The notes under the pieces were generated by a model. The model ran no database searches. It was given only the letters and a program-made list of their open reading frames with translations, and had not been told where the DNA came from. Positions 44,663-52,929 of a stretch of DNA of 55,691 bases are shown piece after piece. The position numbers and the translations under genes are program-made. Position 1 is the first letter of the stretch, and each line of letters starts with the position of its first letter. Origin of the DNA: an uncultured Methanosarcinales archaeon (GTDB lineage Archaea; Nanobdellota; Nanobdellia; Woesearchaeales; B54-G15); NCBI GenBank assembly GCA_964519225.1, contig CAZFJK010000003.1, positions 5,061-60,751 on the forward strand. Direction: 5' to 3'.

Positions 44663-45265
44663 ATGACAGAACAACAGCAGTTTTTGGTGCCGCAGGATAT
44701 TTATTTAAAGGCCGGAGTACACATAGGTACGAAGTTTAAAACTAAGTACATGGAGCCTTTTATTTACAAAACAAGGCCTGATGGTTTGTCTATTCTTAAC
44801 TTGCAGAAAATTGATGAGCGACTAAGGATTGCTGCTAAATTTTTAGCGAATTATGAACCAGAAGATATCTTAGTTGTTAGCAGGCGAGAAAACGGATGGA
44901 AGGCTATTGAATTGTTTGCTAAATATACAGGAGCGATGGCATATCCAGCAAGGTATCCGCCTGGAATAATGACAAACCCTAATTTGAGGAATTACATAGA
45001 ACCGAAGGTTTTGTTGGTTGTTGATGCCTGGCCCGACAGGAATGCTGTTGCCGATGCTTTAAAGAGAGGGATTCCTATTGTTGCGCTTTGCGATACGAAT
45101 AATCAAGTAAATAATATCGATCTCGCTATTCCGTGCAATAATAAAGGAAAAAAGGCTCTTGGTTTGGTATTTTATATTCTTGCAAGGGAGTATTTGAGAA
45201 ATAGAGGAAAGATACAGAAGGACGAAGAGTTTCCTGGAAAGATTGAAGAATTTATGGAGGAATAA
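44663..45265 (+). CDS. rps2: 30S ribosomal protein uS2
   Basis: YLKAGVHIGTKFKTKYMEPFIYKTRPDGLSILNLQKIDERL and IPIVALCDTNN. Confidence 0.92.
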   Translation: MTEQQQFLVPQDIYLKAGVHIGTKFKTKYMEPFIYKTRPDGLSILNLQKIDERLRIAAKFLANYEPEDILVVSRRENGWKAIELFAKYTGAMAYPARYPPGIMTNPNLRNYIEPKVLLVVDAWPDRNAVADALKRGIPIVALCDTNNQVNNIDLAIPCNNKGKKALGLVFYILAREYLRNRGKIQKDEEFPGKIEEFMEE

Positions 45266-45863
45266 TTCCTTTTGTGCTGATTCTAAAAAGTTTCTTTTTG
45301 TTTCTATATTCTGCGATTATGCTGTTTTTTGCTTTTTCAAGCTTTAACAGATGTTTTGAATATGCTTTAATGACTTGCTCGCCATAAAGGTGGAATGTTT
45401 TTTTCTCTGGGTTTGTAAATACCCTGCTTGTTAGGATCACTGGAATATTTTTTTCTTTTGCCAATTTTCTTATTATGATAAGTTGTCGCTCGAGATCTTT
45501 TATTGGGTATTCTTCTGTTGTGTAGTGCTTTGTTATTGAGTCGATAATAATTACAGAAGCTCCTTTTGGTTTTAAGGCAAAGATAATCCTTTTTTGCTCT
45601 GAAAATGATTTTGGTTTTGATATGATGATGTTTTTTAGGTCTTCTTGCCAAGTTTTGTTTATTTGCTTGAATCTTTCTATAGAAAAATCGTGTTCTGAGT
45701 CGATGTAGAATACCTTTCCAAGTTTTGATGCTGATTTTGCAACGTGCAAGCATAGGAGGGTTTTTCCTGTAGCGGCAGGCCCATATATTGTAGTTATGCT
45801 ACCAGAATCAAAGCATTCTGAAAGAAATTCGTCGAGGAAGGGAATGCCAAGCAGCAAACGCAT
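45252..45863 (-). CDS. radB: RadB-like RecA-family ATPase
   Basis: 203 aa with no N-terminal HhH domain. Walker A GPAATGKT, Walker B-like VIIIDSI. Could alternatively be a KaiC-like single domain. Confidence 0.6.
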   Translation of the reverse strand: MRLLLGIPFLDEFLSECFDSGSITTIYGPAATGKTLLCLHVAKSASKLGKVFYIDSEHDFSIERFKQINKTWQEDLKNIIISKPKSFSEQKRIIFALKPKGASVIIIDSITKHYTTEEYPIKDLERQLIIIRKLAKEKNIPVILTSRVFTNPEKKTFHLYGEQVIKAYSKHLLKLEKAKNSIIAEYRNKKKLFRISTKGIIPP

Positions 45864-45904
45864 TGGATAACAATCTTTTTAAAATTTAAAAAGATTTTTC
45901 TTGA

Positions 45905-47368
45905 ATGCGAAACGAGACGAAGTTGCTTGTGTTGCTTTTTTTAGTCCTGCTTGGCGTAAGACTGTATCTTGCTTTTCAACAATCTGGTTTGGTTCTTGAT
46001 GCTTACAGGGAAGTTAGAAATCTTCAGTTGGTTGAGAAAAAGATCTTTCCAACGTATGATCCGCTTAGCTTTGGTGGAAAAAGAGTAGTTATCCTTCCAC
46101 TTGGATATTTTGTTTATGCTTTTTTCGATATTTTTCTGCCGAAGATGTTGCTGTTTAAGCTTTTGCCGAATCTGTTTTTATCCGGATTGTTTCTTCTTTT
46201 TTACTGGATCAGCAGGGACGTGATTAGCGACAGGCGGATTGCGGTTTTAGCGAGTTTTGCGTGCGCTGTTATGCCTGTAATTTTTGCTGATGCTTTTTCT
46301 TTTTCGACCTTGATTATTGCTGTTTTGGTTTATCTTGTTTTGATTAAGGTTTTAATGAATATGAGGGAGCACAATTTGAAGTATATTGCCGTCATTATGT
46401 TGCTTTTACCTTTTATTCACGCTTCTGCTGTATTGGTCGGAGTTGGATTTTTGATTTATTTATTATTGGTGAAGTTCGAGAGGCTGAAGCAGAGGAGAAT
46501 AGAGCTTGAGGTTTTGCTTTTCTTCTTCGTTTATATCATTTGGATTTATTTGATTCTATTCAAGGGCGCACTGTTAATGCATGGCATAGATGCTTTCTGG
46601 CAGAATGCTAAGCACAGCAGGTATGCTGTTGATTTTCTAAAATTTGTTAGGGATGTTGGTGCGGTTCCGCTTCTTTGCGTTGTTTTCTTAATTTACAAAT
46701 ATTTCTTTGTAAGCAAAGATAAGAGGGTATATCTTCTTACAAGCTTTTTCATCGCTTCATTTGTTTTTTACCTATTTGGGTTCTTAGCTGAGAAGGAGAT
46801 TCTGCTTTTAGTTAGTTGTTTTGTTGGTTTGATTTTCATTAGGTTTGTTGACGACTTTTATAGGTATCTATCAAAAACCAAGTTTGATGGCGTAAAGGAA
46901 AAACTTGTTACTGGCTTTCTCATTTTTGTTATTTTGACGAATATATTTTTTGGATTCGTTTTGTTGAGAGAGCGAGAAAAACTGATACCGTCCGAGGATA
47001 GCATAGAAGCAATGAAGTGGTTAAGAGAACATACGCCTGAGGATGCTGTTATTGTTGCGAGCGTACAAGAAGGCAGCATGATTACAGCTATTGCTCAAAG
47101 AAAGAACATCGCTGATACAAATCGACTTTTTTCAAAAGATGCGTTAATTAGAGAGATTGATATAAAAAGATTGTACCTATCTCCATTTAAAACAGATGCT
47201 GTTAGGACTATGAGCGATTATAATGCTGAATATCTTGTTTTTTCAGGATTCACCAAAAATATTTTTGGCATAGAGCACCTGGCTTTTGCTGAACCTGATT
47301 GTTTTGAATTGGTAAGGAATGGCGAAACAAAAATCTATAAAAGGATTTGCGAGTTGAAAACAAGATGA
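45905..47368 (+). CDS. GT-C-fold polytopic membrane protein, STT3/AglB-like but lacking WWDxG
   Basis: 487 aa with about 11 TM helices plus a C-terminal soluble domain. The first-loop LDAYREVRN resembles the AglB D-x-Y-Y-H-x-R loop. AMKWLREHTPEDAVIVASVQEGSMITAIAQRKNIADTN aligns by eye to the STT3 ...WL.ENTPED..V.SWWDYGY.I......R....D region, with SVQEG (47060..47074) in place of WWDYG. Confidence 0.55.
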   Translation: MRNETKLLVLLFLVLLGVRLYLAFQQSGLVLDAYREVRNLQLVEKKIFPTYDPLSFGGKRVVILPLGYFVYAFFDIFLPKMLLFKLLPNLFLSGLFLLFYWISRDVISDRRIAVLASFACAVMPVIFADAFSFSTLIIAVLVYLVLIKVLMNMREHNLKYIAVIMLLLPFIHASAVLVGVGFLIYLLLVKFERLKQRRIELEVLLFFFVYIIWIYLILFKGALLMHGIDAFWQNAKHSRYAVDFLKFVRDVGAVPLLCVVFLIYKYFFVSKDKRVYLLTSFFIASFVFYLFGFLAEKEILLLVSCFVGLIFIRFVDDFYRYLSKTKFDGVKEKLVTGFLIFVILTNIFFGFVLLREREKLIPSEDSIEAMKWLREHTPEDAVIVASVQEGSMITAIAQRKNIADTNRLFSKDALIREIDIKRLYLSPFKTDAVRTMSDYNAEYLVFSGFTKNIFGIEHLAFAEPDCFELVRNGETKIYKRICELKTR

Positions 47369-48726
47369 GATTTTCAAATAAACTGGTTTGCATTGTATTC
47401 TTGCTGATATTTTTAGGGCTCGGGCTTGTTCTCTATTTCCTGCGCTTTGATAGGCTTTTTCCTTTAGGCGAGAGCTATTATCTTTTATCTGTTGCTGGCA
47501 AGCTTAGCGGCAGGGATCTTGTTGGCAGAGAGCTTGGATTTAGTTTAGTAAGGTTTATTTATCTTTTGCCAGCAAGGATCATCCCTCTTATTGGCATTGC
47601 AGTTGGTTCTTTCAGTTTTATTTTTCTTTATTTGATAATGCGGAGATTGAATTATAAGCCTTTGAGAACCTTTTCAACATTGCTTTTGATTGTTTGTTCG
47701 CCGTCTATTTTCTTTCTCTTTTATTCTGCTACGGCGCACGCCTTTTGCGTTTTCTTTATTATTCTCGGAGTTTATCTTCAGATATCTGAAAGAAGGATGA
47801 TTTATCCTGTGATTTGTTTTTTGATCGGCGTTCTTTTTTCTCCGGTCGGCATTACAGCAGTTCCCCTGAGTTTGTTTATTTATAAAGAAAAGGGATTTGG
47901 AAAAAAGAAGTATCTTTTGGTTGTTTTGTTGGCTTTTTTTGTTCATCTTGGATATTTGATAAGGAATCTTACGCTGCCTGTAGTTAAGAGTAATGCAGTA
48001 AAGATTCTGCTTTCTGATTTGGGAAGCTGGACTGGAAATGGATTTTTTTGCGTAGTTTTTTTTCTGATGGGTCTGTACTTTTTATGGAAACAAAAGAAAA
48101 GAGTTCTGCTTTTTAGCAGTATAATCCTGGCTTTTATTGTCGGCTTTTATTTTGATTTTTTGTTTTATTATCTATCATTTTTGATTTGCTGGGTTGGCGG
48201 AACAGGCCTTTACAGGTTTATAAAGATGAGGTGGACGCTTAAATTCTTTAAGAGAATTGTTGTTGGTGTTGCTTTGTTCGGGATTGCTTTTTCTATGCTT
48301 ACTGCTTTTGTTGGTTTTGTTAAGTCAGAGCCTTTACAGGAGCAGCTTGACGGTTTGGTTTGGTTGAGGGCGCATAGTGGAAAGGATGCTGTTGTTTTAG
48401 CTGATAGGGAGAAAGGATTTATGATTGAAGGCGTTGCAAACAGGGCAGTTGTTATGGATGATTTGCTTCTTTATACGAGGGACGCAAGAGAAAGGATTGA
48501 TGATTTGAGTATAATTTTTCAATCGTATAGCTTGAGGAAGACAATGGCTTTCCTTGATAAGCATAATATTAGTTATATATGGATTGATAGGGATATGAGA
48601 GAAAGGATATGGAATAATGAAGAAAAAGGATTGATTTTTGTTTTGAGGAATAAAATTTTTAAAAAGGAGTTTGAGAATTCTTTTGTTGAGATTTATAGTT
48701 ATAATCCAGAGGCGGTTGAGAGATGA
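47365..48726 (+). CDS. Second GT-C-fold STT3/AglB-like membrane protein, paralogue, also lacking WWDxG
   Basis: The ATG at 47365 overlaps the upstream stop (ATGA). First-loop GESYYLLS. LVWLRAHSGKDAVVLADREKGFMIEGVANRAVVMDD has DREKG (48403..48417) in place of WWDYG. Confidence 0.55.
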   Translation: MRFSNKLVCIVFLLIFLGLGLVLYFLRFDRLFPLGESYYLLSVAGKLSGRDLVGRELGFSLVRFIYLLPARIIPLIGIAVGSFSFIFLYLIMRRLNYKPLRTFSTLLLIVCSPSIFFLFYSATAHAFCVFFIILGVYLQISERRMIYPVICFLIGVLFSPVGITAVPLSLFIYKEKGFGKKKYLLVVLLAFFVHLGYLIRNLTLPVVKSNAVKILLSDLGSWTGNGFFCVVFFLMGLYFLWKQKKRVLLFSSIILAFIVGFYFDFLFYYLSFLICWVGGTGLYRFIKMRWTLKFFKRIVVGVALFGIAFSMLTAFVGFVKSEPLQEQLDGLVWLRAHSGKDAVVLADREKGFMIEGVANRAVVMDDLLLYTRDARERIDDLSIIFQSYSLRKTMAFLDKHNISYIWIDRDMRERIWNNEEKGLIFVLRNKIFKKEFENSFVEIYSYNPEAVER

Positions 48727-49955
48727 TATGGAACTTTGAAACGATTTTGCTTTGTATAGTTTGCTTTTTTGGTCTTTATTCAAGCTTGTTTTTTTTGTTT
48801 TTAATTCTTGATAATAGAGAAAGGCTTGATGATCCAAAGCCTAAGAGGTTCCCGAGCGTTACGATAATAGTTCCTGCCTATAATGAGGAGCGCACAATTG
48901 CAAAGACGTTAAGGAGTTTGCTAAAACTTGATTATCCAAGAAACAAGCTGAAGATATTTGTTATAGATGATGGTTCAACTGACAGGACATACGAGATAGC
49001 AAAAAAATTTGAAGATGCAAACAAAGGTTTGGTTAAGGTTTTTACAAAGCCGAATGGCGGAAAGGCAAGCGCACTGAATTATGGGATAAAAAGAACAAAA
49101 AGCGAACTGATTGTTTCTTTGGATGCAGATAGTTTTGTGAGTAAGGATACATTAAAAAGGATGGTTGGTTATTTTGATGATCCTGTTGTTATGGCTGTGA
49201 CGCCAGCTCTTAAAGTGTATAAGCCAAAAGGCTTTTGGAGGAGGATACAGGCAATGGAGTACCTGCTCGGTGTTTTTTTAAGAAAGGCTTTTGCTTTGCT
49301 TGGAGGTATTCATGTTACACCTGGACCATTTTCAGCGTACAGAAGAAAATTCTTTGAACGCTACGGCTACTATGATGAAGGAAATCTTACTGAAGATATA
49401 GAGGTTGCTTTGAGAATACAGGCAAAAGGATATGATATTGAGAATTCGATTAAGGCAGAGGTGTTTACTGTTGCTCCCAACAGGTTTTTGCCGTTGCTCA
49501 GGCAGAGGCTCAGATGGTATACTGGATTTATAGTTAATCTATTTAGGTATAGAAGCTTGTTTAAGCAAAGAAATAATTTAGGACTTTTTGTCCTGCCGAC
49601 GTCGTTGATTTCGGTTGGTTTGGTTTTGGTTACAGCTGGATTTTCTTGTTATATTCTAATTAAATCTCTTACGCATTTATTTAGATCTATAAAGCTGCTC
49701 GGCTTTTTAGATGCGATAAAAATGTTGAAGTTGAATTTGAATCCTTTTTATTTTGGAAATGAATTTGTTATTGTTACTGCCTCATGTTTTGTGCTTGGAT
49801 TTTTGATCATTTATTCTGCAAAGCTTTTTTCAAGAGAACGGAGTAAGATAAAATATAGCTATCTTTTGTATGTGCTGATTTATTATTATTTATTTGGGTT
49901 TTGGTGGTTTTGGACTTTGATTAATAGGTTGTTTGGAAGGCAGATAAAATGGTAA
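48723..49955 (+). CDS. Membrane-embedded family-2 glycosyltransferase, processive-synthase-like
   Basis: N-terminal TM, VTIIVPAYNEE, VIDDGSTD, LDADS, TEDIEVALR, QRLRW (QxxRW), then about 3-4 C-terminal TM helices. This is the architecture of NodC/IcaA/chitin-synthase-type enzymes. Confidence 0.75.
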   Translation: MIWNFETILLCIVCFFGLYSSLFFLFLILDNRERLDDPKPKRFPSVTIIVPAYNEERTIAKTLRSLLKLDYPRNKLKIFVIDDGSTDRTYEIAKKFEDANKGLVKVFTKPNGGKASALNYGIKRTKSELIVSLDADSFVSKDTLKRMVGYFDDPVVMAVTPALKVYKPKGFWRRIQAMEYLLGVFLRKAFALLGGIHVTPGPFSAYRRKFFERYGYYDEGNLTEDIEVALRIQAKGYDIENSIKAEVFTVAPNRFLPLLRQRLRWYTGFIVNLFRYRSLFKQRNNLGLFVLPTSLISVGLVLVTAGFSCYILIKSLTHLFRSIKLLGFLDAIKMLKLNLNPFYFGNEFVIVTASCFVLGFLIIYSAKLFSRERSKIKYSYLLYVLIYYYLFGFWWFWTLINRLFGRQIKW

Positions 49956-50593
49956 ATAGGAAAAAAGTTATTTTAAGAAGATATTTGGTTGCGCTTATTT
50001 TAACTGTTTTGATTTTCCTTATTGGGGTTTTGCTTGGAGGGGGTATTGCAAACATTAAGCTTGGTAAGCTTGCAAAGCTTGAGAGGGAGATGAAAACAAG
50101 GATTATGGATTTAGAGTTGCAATTCTTGCTTGCTGAAGAACAGCCTTGCAGCAGTGAATTGCCAGGCCTTGCTGAAGAACTTTATCAGATAGGTGGAAAG
50201 TTAAACTATATGGAAAGGCAAAAAGGAGTCGATGACCCTGATGTAATTGAACTTAAAAAATATTACAGCCTTCTTCAGATAAGACATTGGCTTTTTTTGA
50301 AGATGGTAAAAAAGCGATGCAAAAAGGATTTACACTTGATTCTTTATTTTTATTCCAATGAACCAAAAAAATGTGATAGGTGCGGTGATCAGGGAATTAT
50401 ATTAAGTTATTTAAGGGAAAAATATCCTAATGTTAGGGTTTATTCTTTTGATGTCGGACTTGATTCTGGAGCGATAAAGACTTTGATGAAGAATTTTAAA
50501 GTCGAGGTTGTGCCGACCGTTGTTGTTGATGGAAAAGCTTTGTATGGTTTTCAGGAAAAAGAAAAGCTGGAAGGGTTGCTTCAAGGTTCGTGA
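49949..50593 (+). CDS. Membrane-anchored thioredoxin-fold protein with a CxxC motif, predicted to face outside
   Basis: The N-terminus MVNRKKVILRRYLVALILTVLIFLIGVLLGG is a signal anchor (positive-inside). Trx-like core LILYFYS..CDRCG (CxxC 50372..50383) ...VRVYSFDV...VVPTVVVDGKALYG, with a cis-Pro-type VPT. Confidence 0.6.
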   Translation: MVNRKKVILRRYLVALILTVLIFLIGVLLGGGIANIKLGKLAKLEREMKTRIMDLELQFLLAEEQPCSSELPGLAEELYQIGGKLNYMERQKGVDDPDVIELKKYYSLLQIRHWLFLKMVKKRCKKDLHLILYFYSNEPKKCDRCGDQGIILSYLREKYPNVRVYSFDVGLDSGAIKTLMKNFKVEVVPTVVVDGKALYGFQEKEKLEGLLQGS

Positions 50594-50976
50594 TATTGTT
50601 CGATTAGTTTTATCTTTAGTACATGTTCGAGTTTTTTTGCGAGTTTTATTGACGGTTCGAGTTCGCCGGTTTCGAGTTTGTGAACGACGCTTTCTTTTTC
50701 TTTTATAAGTTTGGCAAACTCTGATTGCTTTAAGCCAAGCTTTTCCCTTGCTTTCTTTATAATGGCTGGGTAGTCAGGATTTATGATGAGAATTTCTTCT
50801 TCTATGCTTGGTTTGGTCGGCTGTTTGACTGGTTCTTGTTTTGGTTTTTCTGGTTTTGTTTTGATTGGGCCAAGAACGGTGCCGAATTTTGCACATTCTT
50901 GGCATACGATTAACTCTGTCCCTTCGATTTTTGCCCTGACGAGATTTTTTGTTGAGCCGCACAGATCGCATTGCAT
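50581..50976 (-). CDS. Multiprotein bridging factor 1 (zinc ribbon + XRE-type HTH)
   Basis: CDLCGS...CQECAKFG zinc ribbon followed by IIKKAREKLGLKQSEFAKLIKEKESVVHKLETGELEPSIKLAKKLEHVLKIKL. Confidence 0.85.
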   Translation of the reverse strand: MQCDLCGSTKNLVRAKIEGTELIVCQECAKFGTVLGPIKTKPEKPKQEPVKQPTKPSIEEEILIINPDYPAIIKKAREKLGLKQSEFAKLIKEKESVVHKLETGELEPSIKLAKKLEHVLKIKLIEQYHEP

Positions 50977-50978
50977 TT

Positions 50979-51377
50979 TTATTCACCTTGAATTTTGCAT
51001 AGAATGGTTCTTTCTCTTGGGCCATCGAATTCTAGAAGAATGATGTTTTGCCACGTGCCTAGTGCAAGTTTTTTGTTTTGAATCGGTACTGAAAGGCTCG
51101 GACCGATGATTGCTGCCTTTATGTGTGCATCGCCGTTATTATCAATGCTGTCGTGGAGCCACTTTCCTTTTGGAATGAGTTTGTTCAGGCAGTTTGTTAT
51201 GTCTTTTAAGACATTTGGATCATAGCTCTCAGCTACTGTAATGGCTGCTGTTGCATGCGGGCAGTACAGAAAGCAAATGCCTTCTTTGATTCCTGTTTTT
51301 CGGACAAGCTGATCTATCTGCGGCGTTATGTCAATACCTTGTTCTCGTGCTGATGTTTTGATTTTTATTTTGAACAC
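50979..51377 (-). CDS. YjbQ/UPF0047 family protein
   Basis: IDITPQI, LYCPHATAAITVAESYDPNVLKD, DNNGDAHIKAAIIGPSLSVPI...LALGTWQNIILLEFDGPR. GTG start in the track. Confidence 0.8.
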   Translation of the reverse strand: MFKIKIKTSAREQGIDITPQIDQLVRKTGIKEGICFLYCPHATAAITVAESYDPNVLKDITNCLNKLIPKGKWLHDSIDNNGDAHIKAAIIGPSLSVPIQNKKLALGTWQNIILLEFDGPRERTILCKIQGE

Positions 51378-51456
51378 AGCTTCACCCTTTTCTGTAAAGA
51401 TGCCGATCTTAATAAAATTTTTTAACCTTCTGGATGGGACGAATAAATAAGATAAA

Positions 51457-51465
51457 TTTATAAAA
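51457..51465 (+). promoter_or_regulatory. Candidate TATA box for the prepilin-like operon
   Basis: TTTATAAAA lies 38-46 nt upstream of the ATG at 51503. GAGGTGA (51492..51498) lies 4 nt upstream of the ATG. Confidence 0.35.
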
Positions 51466-51502
51466 TAACAAAGAATGATAAGGAAATAAAAGAGGTGAAA
51501 CT

Positions 51503-51829
51503 ATGCTTGGAAAAAAAGGACAAGGGCTACCTATTACTGTTATTATAATAGCAGCGATTGCTCTTGTAATTCTTGTTGTTTTGGTTGCAATGTTTATTGG
51601 TAAGATGGGTATTTTTGGCAAGAAGGTTACAACAGTGACTGAGATAAGCTGTACTGAGAGCTGCTTTACGAACGCGCAAGGTGCAAGGGTTCATGGTGTT
51701 GTTATGCCCGGACCGACCTGTCCTGCTGAGGAAGGATATCGCGAGGTATTGGGGAGTTTTAGAGATGTAGGACCAGGAGAAGTTTGTTGTATTAAAGATG
51801 ATCAAGAGGTAGATGATGCTGGCTGCTAG
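51503..51829 (+). CDS. Small Cys-rich prepilin-like protein (108 aa)
   Basis: MLGKKGQGLPITVIIIAAIALVILVVLVAMFIG (K-G-Q + hydrophobic helix), then a Cys-rich ectodomain ending GEVCCIKDD... Confidence 0.7.
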   Translation: MLGKKGQGLPITVIIIAAIALVILVVLVAMFIGKMGIFGKKVTTVTEISCTESCFTNAQGARVHGVVMPGPTCPAEEGYREVLGSFRDVGPGEVCCIKDDQEVDDAGC

Positions 51830-52076
51830 GAAAGGACAGGCTACTGTGCTTAGGATTTTAGTTATTGCGGTCTTGCTTTTAGTTGTTCTTTCAATAATGA
51901 TTATTTTCTTTACAGGAAAGTTCAGGTTGTTCAGTAAAGGATTGGTCAGTTGCGAAGGTAGGGGCGGCATATGCAAAGAAAAGCCATGCAGCGAATATGG
52001 GATGGCAACGATTGCAAATAGTGATTGTCCACAAATTAATAAATCAACGCCGTATTGTTGTGTTCCAGTAGAATGA
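51813..52076 (+). CDS. Small Cys-rich prepilin-like protein (87 aa)
   Basis: MMLAARKGQATVLRILVIAVLLLVVLSIMIIFF fits the class III signal pattern (K-G-Q-A-T-V). The Cys-rich ectodomain ends TPYCCVPVE. 17-nt overlap with the upstream gene. Confidence 0.7.
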   Translation: MMLAARKGQATVLRILVIAVLLLVVLSIMIIFFTGKFRLFSKGLVSCEGRGGICKEKPCSEYGMATIANSDCPQINKSTPYCCVPVE

Positions 52077-52201
52077 GCAACCGGAAGAAAAGCCGCTCTG
52101 GCTTGGCAGCAAAAACGCTTTTGCTGATTATTATTGCGATTGCTCTCGGATTGATGTTTTTAGCTATTGTTATGAGGATAAGACATGCTATACTTAAATA
52201 A
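52073..52201 (+). CDS. Possible 42-aa single-TM micro-protein
   Basis: My own translation: MSNRKKSRSGLAAKTLLLIIIAIALGLMFLAIVMRIRHAILK*. The ATG overlaps the upstream stop (ATGA). Below the track's cutoff. Confidence 0.4.
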   Translation: MSNRKKSRSGLAAKTLLLIIIAIALGLMFLAIVMRIRHAILK

Positions 52202-52919
52202 GCGCGGGCAGGCAAAGTTTTTGGTAACGATAATGATAGTTATAATTGGGTTTATTGTTGTTTTTGCTGTTGTGAGAATGTTTGCTTCTAAGGCAGGGGG
52301 AACACAGCTCGAAATGCAATGCAGGGCAAGTGTTTTAGCCAGAGCTAAAAGTTTAGTGAATGTTGAAGTTGGTGTTGTTAAAGTAAATGTTCATGTTGCG
52401 CCTCTACTCTGCTTTACGCAAGAGAAAACGATAAAAGGGAATGATGAGGAAGTGATGGAACAGCTTGCTGAACTGATGCTGCGCTGCAAATGGATGTTTG
52501 CTGACGGACGATATAATAATGTACTTGGCGGCGAATCTGGCGATCAATGTTTTCCATGCTATACTGTGAAGATCGATTCTGATGTTGAAATTCCTGCCTG
52601 GGAATTCAAGGAATTTTTAAGGACAAAGAAGAAGAAAGGCAAGCTTTTATGGAACTTACTTCAGGAACCTGTTGGAATGAGGGTTCTTGTTCCAAAGGAG
52701 ATAAAAGGAAAGCATATTTATCAAGTGATGTATTCTGATTTTTCAAAAGGTAGATGGTATGTTCCTGTCCTTGAAGGTGAAAATACAGGACCGAATGGGA
52801 TTTATTTGGTTGATCCGAACGATATGCCTGAAACCTGGTATAGAGAATATCAATGGTTTTTGAAAGAGGTCGTTGGTTTAAAGAGTGTTGAATATGAAAC
52901 GTGTAAGATTTGGAGTTAA
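52185..52919 (+). CDS. Prepilin-like secreted protein (244 aa)
   Basis: MLYLNKRGQAKFLVTIMIVIIGFIVVFAVVRMF (R-G-Q + hydrophobic helix). The ectodomain has no recognised motif. Confidence 0.65.
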   Translation: MLYLNKRGQAKFLVTIMIVIIGFIVVFAVVRMFASKAGGTQLEMQCRASVLARAKSLVNVEVGVVKVNVHVAPLLCFTQEKTIKGNDEEVMEQLAELMLRCKWMFADGRYNNVLGGESGDQCFPCYTVKIDSDVEIPAWEFKEFLRTKKKKGKLLWNLLQEPVGMRVLVPKEIKGKHIYQVMYSDFSKGRWYVPVLEGENTGPNGIYLVDPNDMPETWYREYQWFLKEVVGLKSVEYETCKIWS

Positions 52920-52929
52920 AGGTTTAGCA

